Assembly: GCA_002104905.1 (NCBI GenBank)
Contig: MCFE01000093.1
Span: 111,282 to 175,281 of the forward strand
Length of the DNA stretch: 64,000 nucleotides
Source: Basidiobolus meristosporus CBS 931.73
Lineage: Eukaryota; Fungi; Basidiobolomycota
Direction: 5' to 3'
The first letter of the stretch is position 1; every line of letters begins with the position of its first letter. The translations under genes were made by a program, and so were the position numbers. Shown one piece after another: positions 63,762 through 64,000 of this stretch. The notes beneath the pieces are model-generated. The model worked only from the letters and a program-made list of their open reading frames with translations. It did no database searches and was not told the origin of the DNA.

Positions 63762-64000
63762 GGGTTAGGGTTAGGGTTAGGGTTAGGGTTAGGGTTAGGG
63801 TTAGGGTTAGGGTTAGGGTTAGGGTTAGGGTTAGGGTTAGGGTTAGGGTTAGGGTTAGGGTTAGGGTTAGGGTTAGGGTTAGGGTTAGGGTTAGGGTTAG
63901 GGTTAGGGTTAGGGTTAGGGTTAGGGTTAGGGTTAGGGTTAGGGTTAGGGTTAGGGTTAGGGTTAGGGTTAGGGTTAGGGTTAGGGTTAGGGTTAGGGTT
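63762..64000 (+). repeat. Telomere (TTAGGG)n, about 39 repeats to the end of the window
   Basis: Perfect TTAGGG array with the G-rich strand running toward the end. Confidence 0.99.

Overview
This is the terminal 64 kb of a chromosome from an intron-rich fungus. Gene content suggests an early-diverging, non-Dikarya lineage; a Basidiobolus-like Zoopagomycota/Mucoromycota host is my inference, not proven. The window ends in about 39 TTAGGG telomeric repeats. Positions 1-54.7 kb are gene-dense housekeeping DNA: Smr nuclease, hotdog thioesterase, a non-coding host gene with three intronic copies of one dual-guide C/D snoRNA, WRAP73, NXT1, a CHD7/Kismet-type remodeler, a choline-transporter-like gene, VPS54, a USP36/42-like protease, F-box-LRR, LIP2, WD40, RPL42, a trihelix-Myb factor, an Hv1 proton channel, SNU13, a HARE-HTH+SET protein, CCDC97, calcineurin A, a TRIC-like channel, GYP7 and HAUS4. 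The last ~9 kb look like a layered record of chromosome-end growth. An atromentin-synthetase-type NRPS-like gene is cut off at a single TTAGGG. Distal to it, head-to-tail and all pointing toward the centromere, lie two 5'-truncated LINE-like RT copies, a 2.8-kb AT-rich foreign-looking island, a longer APE-RT copy capped by (TTAGGG)4, and a separate ORF1-only unit directly under the telomere. The ORF1-only unit and the RT units share a diverged, hairpin-forming, non-poly(A) 3' terminus ending in CCCUAA. This suggests a bipartite telomere-attaching retroelement system, reminiscent of HeT-A/TART or Terminons but built on an APE-type LINE. These elements are almost free of CpG. Intron boundaries and protein identities were read by eye from motifs; no database search was run.
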